From: an uncultured virus (IMG/VR IMGVR_UViG_3300017761_002881)
Lineage: Duplodnaviria; Heunggongvirae; Uroviricota; Caudoviricetes
Reading direction: 5' to 3' (one strand)
IMG/VR virus record: IMGVR_UViG_3300017761_002881
Length of the DNA stretch: 20,000 nucleotides
Shown here: positions 17,265 through 20,000 of the stretch, in pieces
Position numbering within the stretch: the stretch's first letter is position 1
Layout of the letters: every line of letters starts with the position of its first letter
Notes under the pieces: generated by a model
What the model saw: the letters and a program-made list of their open reading frames with translations, nothing else
The model's database searches: none
What the model was told of the DNA's origin: nothing
Position numbers and translations under genes: made by a program

Positions 17265-17272
17265 ATAAATAT
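17265..17272 (-). promoter_or_regulatory. ATATTTAT motif (candidate late promoter)
   Basis: Intergenic, 8 nt upstream of the ATG at 17256. Confidence 0.55.
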
Positions 17273-17275
17273 AGT

Positions 17276-17590
17276 TTACTTTTTTGTAATAGCTTGGTCG
17301 ATATGTTTACATCTTCTGTGATATGTAAACCCTACACACTCGCAACTAGCCCGTCCGTTACAGTCAAATTGTACACGGTATTTCTTTCCAGTACTACCAG
17401 TTACAATGACATGTGTCGGCTCATGTACAGGCAAAGGATCGTTCATACCAACAACCTCAATATCCGAGTATTGAGTATCGGCAGGCACTTCAACCCAAGC
17501 TGGAGCTACATACGTTTTGCCCTGTGCTCTCACTATACCGAAACTACCTCCGGGCATAAGTAGGTTGGCAGGTATTTGTATTTTACTCAT
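17276..17590 (-). CDS. SWIM zinc-finger protein
   Basis: 104 aa. V.GSTGKKYRV......SCECVGFTYHRRCKHI fits the CxC-xn-CxH SWIM motif. Confidence 0.85.
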   Translation of the reverse strand: MSKIQIPANLLMPGGSFGIVRAQGKTYVAPAWVEVPADTQYSDIEVVGMNDPLPVHEPTHVIVTGSTGKKYRVQFDCNGRASCECVGFTYHRRCKHIDQAITKK

Positions 17591-17591
17591 T

Positions 17592-17792
17592 CTATTTTCC
17601 GAATATCGTTTTGAAACACATTATAAGTACAGCTACCAATACCAATAGGGTAACCGGAATCCATAACGGGCTAGTAACCCACCACCAACTCCAATCAATG
17701 TGATTAGTAAGCTTGAGTACTAGGAATATCAAAAAAAGTACGGTACCTAAATTTAGGCTAGTATTGCTCGCCTGCTGATTTTTATGATTCAT
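17592..17792 (-). CDS. Small membrane protein, TMEM185 / Fragile-X-F-associated-like phage family
   Basis: 66 aa. LFLIFLVLKLTNHIDWSWWWVTSPLWI is the characteristic LKL.g.I.WSWwwV..PLW motif. Confidence 0.8.
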   Translation of the reverse strand: MNHKNQQASNTSLNLGTVLFLIFLVLKLTNHIDWSWWWVTSPLWIPVTLLVLVAVLIMCFKTIFGK

Positions 17793-17811
17793 ATCTTTTT
17801 TTCTATACTTA

Positions 17812-17840
17812 ATGATAAGGACTTTTGGGTACGAATCCTA
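17812..17840 (-). promoter_or_regulatory. Putative sigma70-like promoter
   Basis: TAGGAT (17840-17835), 17 nt, TATCAT (17817-17812), 19 nt upstream of the ATG at 17792. Confidence 0.6.
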
Positions 17841-17866
17841 GAAAAAAGTAAGAAAAGTTGCTAAAA

Positions 17867-17973
17867 AGTATAACTCGTTGGTTATTAACGTAGTATAACT
17901 CATTGAAAATGAACTGCTTATAAATAGTTCAAAATCAATGAGTTATAAAGCACAAATCGTTCGTTTAACGAAC
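17867..17973. repeat. Cluster of intergenic inverted and direct repeats
   Basis: Perfect 13-bp IR TATAACTCATTGA (17894-17906) / TCAATGAGTTATA (17935-17947) with inner 6-bp IR TGAACT/AGTTCA. A 13/14 direct repeat AGTATAACTCRTTG at 17867 and 17892. A 7-bp IR GTTCGTT-T-AACGAAC at 17959-17973. Confidence 0.85.
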
Positions 17974-18059
17974 TCGACCCCTAAGCCTGGTATTTTGGTA
18001 TTCCCGTTGGGTATTGAGTTCAAAATACGTTGTCGTATACGGGCAAAAAATGGGTAATC

Positions 18060-18236
18060 TTAGCCCTTTTTACTTAAAGCACTCCAAAGTACGGCTACTA
18101 TACCCATAACGGCACCAGTTACCATAGTCCATGAAGCTTCGTCGGTTTTACCACGATAAACTAGAATAGCACCTACCGCTGTAAGTGCGTGACGAATAAT
18201 ACCAAATGTTTGTTCTTGTGATAGTTTCAGTTTCAT
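18060..18236 (-). CDS. Putative two-TM phage holin (58 aa), absent from the ORF track
   Basis: MKLKLSQEQTFGIIRHALTAVGAILVYRGKTDEASWTMVTGAVMGIVAVLWSALSKKG. The IRH.LT..G..LV..G...WS...K pattern resembles small putative phage holins. TAAGG upstream. Confidence 0.7.
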   Translation of the reverse strand: MKLKLSQEQTFGIIRHALTAVGAILVYRGKTDEASWTMVTGAVMGIVAVLWSALSKKG

Positions 18237-18243
18237 ATATACC

Positions 18244-18732
18244 TTAATTTATTTGTACACCGCTACCTTTAACCATTTTTCTAGCTTGCTTCGGTGCCAT
18301 CGTAGAGTACACATAAGCAACAAAAGCAATGCCCCTTTCATTACCATCAGGAGACATTATAGTCATTTTGATATTTTCCGGACTGTCGCCTCCAAGTGAT
18401 GACATACCTTCAGCTCGATCTCCTTGAATAGCTTTAGCTACTTGACCAGCCATCTTATGTACTTTAGCTGCAATTTTATTGACATCCTTTACTTTTAACA
18501 TCTCTCTTTCAGACATCCAATGAGCTACGGCATATTCATACTCGCCTTGACCGCCTTCATCCGGAGTCATACCCGAATTACGCCATACGTAGAAGCCCTT
18601 TGGTAAGCTCATTGCAGAACCACTTTTTCCTGTTAAGGCAGCGTTACGTGCATTAATTTCTGCTCCGGTAAGTTCAGATACTACGGTCTTTATTTGTTCC
18701 TGTATCAAATTTCTTAGTTCTGATTTGTTCAT
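18244..18732 (-). CDS. Leader-family hypothetical protein
   Basis: 162 aa, N-terminus MNKSELRNLIQEQIKTVVSE; AAGGA upstream. Confidence 0.8.
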   Translation of the reverse strand: MNKSELRNLIQEQIKTVVSELTGAEINARNAALTGKSGSAMSLPKGFYVWRNSGMTPDEGGQGEYEYAVAHWMSEREMLKVKDVNKIAAKVHKMAGQVAKAIQGDRAEGMSSLGGDSPENIKMTIMSPDGNERGIAFVAYVYSTMAPKQARKMVKGSGVQIN

Positions 18733-18741
18733 TTATATCCT

Positions 18742-18993
18742 TTATAGTTCATGATACCCTACACGGGCTTGATTGATAAAATTATAGCTCTGTGTGATAT
18801 GGTCTTGAATCCAGCCTGGTATATTGATTTCATTAGTACCAAGCAATTGTGACAATTCAACAGCCGCTTTAGCTATTTCTTGTAGTTGCGCTTGTGCCAT
18901 ACCCACTTCATGATCTTGACCAGGCAATCCAGTTTCAGATAAACGTAATTCTCGAGGTATACGTGCATTACGCTGTAAACGTTCTATGTTCAT
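18742..18993 (-). CDS. Hypothetical protein (variant leader ending LSE at residue 20)
   Basis: 83 aa. Core DHEVGMAQAQL..IAK.A.EL...L.....IPGWIQDHIT.S..FI. ATGA-coupled. Confidence 0.8.
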   Translation of the reverse strand: MNIERLQRNARIPRELRLSETGLPGQDHEVGMAQAQLQEIAKAAVELSQLLGTNEINIPGWIQDHITQSYNFINQARVGYHEL

Positions 18994-19412
18994 TTCTTCA
19001 CTTTAAATATAGTTACTGTTAAATGATAATATTCGCTCTTAGTACGCTCACTAACGCGCAGCGAATGTAAACGCACATCCATCTTTTCATCACTCACTAA
19101 CACGGCGGAACGTGTACCAAACCTTGGTGTTTTAATTGTACCAGCTTCTTCATTAGGATCAGTGACAAGATCGACACTAACACGTACTTCCGGGCCGGAA
19201 GGCAAATTGAATGTAGTGAAACTAAAATCGTTACGAGTAGCTTTAAGTAGTTTCGGTGAAAGCTTTTTGAGTTCTTTCATCACGTCTTTTACTACTGCAT
19301 CATTAACTGGTGGGTTAAGATATTCGCTATGATCATATTCTGGCTTAGCAGCTTCATACAAAGCACGCTTAATCTCTTCACGGATAAGATTTCTTAATTC
19401 TGATGTTTTCAT
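18990..19412 (-). CDS. Leader-family hypothetical protein
   Basis: 140 aa, N-terminus MKTSELRNLIREEIKRALYE; ATGA-coupled. Confidence 0.8.
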   Translation of the reverse strand: MKTSELRNLIREEIKRALYEAAKPEYDHSEYLNPPVNDAVVKDVMKELKKLSPKLLKATRNDFSFTTFNLPSGPEVRVSVDLVTDPNEEAGTIKTPRFGTRSAVLVSDEKMDVRLHSLRVSERTKSEYYHLTVTIFKVKK

Positions 19413-19651
19413 AGTTTGTAATCCTTAAGGCGCGGTACGTTATAACCTAAACGCTTAAGCGCAGCTAACAAATACATTACAGCATCATCTTCAGTAAGGT
19501 TATATTTTTTTTCTATATCCTGTACTATACTCTTAACTTTAGTTTTTGTATTAGAGTCAATATCATGTCCACTGACATCAGTTGTTTCTAATTCTGTGAT
19601 AGCCGTTTTAATCTCTTCACGGATGATTTGTTGTAGTTCTGATTTTTTCAT
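19409..19651 (-). CDS. Leader-family hypothetical protein
   Basis: 80 aa, N-terminus MKKSELQQIIREEIKTAITE; ATGA-coupled. Confidence 0.8.
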   Translation of the reverse strand: MKKSELQQIIREEIKTAITELETTDVSGHDIDSNTKTKVKSIVQDIEKKYNLTEDDAVMYLLAALKRLGYNVPRLKDYKL

Positions 19652-19896
19652 AGGGAAGGCCTCTTAATTAATTTCAAATCTGACTCATGGAAATACCCAG
19701 ACTGGCCGGTTGTAAATTTAACGAGAAAAAATGCTTCTGACGGAGACATATCCTTAACTATCCCTCTCTTCTTGAAATTACTCATGGAAGGAGTGACTAC
19801 CTGTACAATGTCATCTACTTCAAATTTACGTTCAGCCTCAGCTAATATTCTACGAACCTCTTCGCGTATGATTTGTTGTAGTTCTGATTTTTTCAT
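19623..19896 (-). repeat. Identical 29-bp direct repeat at the 5' ends of two adjacent genes
   Basis: ATGATTTGTTGTAGTTCTGATTTTTTCAT (+ strand) at 19623-19651 and 19868-19896, encoding MKKSELQQII. Confidence 0.9.
19648..19896 (-). CDS. Leader-family protein with a KOW/SH3-like domain
   Basis: 82 aa. MKKSELQQIIREEVRRILAE, then KFEVDDIVQV......RGIVKD......VKF..G....FHESDLKL. Confidence 0.8.
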   Translation of the reverse strand: MKKSELQQIIREEVRRILAEAERKFEVDDIVQVVTPSMSNFKKRGIVKDMSPSEAFFLVKFTTGQSGYFHESDLKLIKRPSL

Positions 19897-20000
19897 CGCT
19901 TTATCTTTACATATGGATTAGGTATTACAAATGACGGATGTACATCCCACCCGGCACGTTCCAGTGCAGCACAATCACGACGCATAACGTCCCAAACCCA
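19893..20000 (-). CDS. C-terminal end of a hypothetical protein (partial)
   Basis: Open frame ...WVWDVMRRDCAALERAGWDVHPSFVIPNPYVKIKR*. Its TGA overlaps the ATG at 19896 (ATGA). Confidence 0.6.
   Translation of the reverse strand, partial: WVWDVMRRDCAALERAGWDVHPSFVIPNPYVKIKR

Noticed and set aside
295..17563. All plus-strand ORFs in the track (for example 295-510, 2593-2880, 6741-7061, 15343-15663, 17168-17563)
   Set aside because: Each lies antisense to a well-supported minus-strand gene, has no recognisable motif and reads like a shadow frame.
17867..17947. CRISPR mini-array or tRNA in the intergenic gap
   Set aside because: Repeats are only 12-14 nt, partly inverted, with no spacer-sized regular gaps. 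No cloverleaf with a T-loop and acceptor stem could be built.
1..20000. Stop-codon reassignment, as seen in some large phages
   Set aside because: TAA, TAG and TGA all end genes at tight junctions, and known protein families are full length under the standard code.

Overview
An AT-rich, densely coded segment of a large T4-like (myovirus-type) phage genome, with all credible genes on the minus strand and the standard genetic code. The left part (1-6806) is a baseplate module: a gp6-like wedge, a gp25-like protein, a gp5-like hub/spike protein and unknown virion proteins. Next come a gp55-like late sigma factor, an HD hydrolase, a ClpP-like protease, a membrane coiled-coil protein, UV endonuclease UvsE, a SAM methyltransferase, DUF4494, an Hc1/histone-H1-like protein, a SWIM-finger protein, holin-like peptides and many small orphans. 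DUF4494 and the Hc1-like protein point to a Bacteroidota host. Four main signals stand out. (1) A family of unrelated small proteins shares a 20-residue N-terminal leader (MKKSELxxI/LIREEIxxx[ILV]xE) ending in a T4-prohead-protease-like site, a candidate modular capsid-targeting and cargo system. (2) Two promoter classes are visible: ATATTTAT upstream of seven genes, and a sigma70-like hexamer pair with a 17-nt spacer upstream of four genes. (3) An intergenic element at about 17860-17975 is rich in palindromes. (4) Several short genes were missed by the ORF track, including a very basic YRGQGR peptide. All functional calls come from motif recognition by eye, not database searches.
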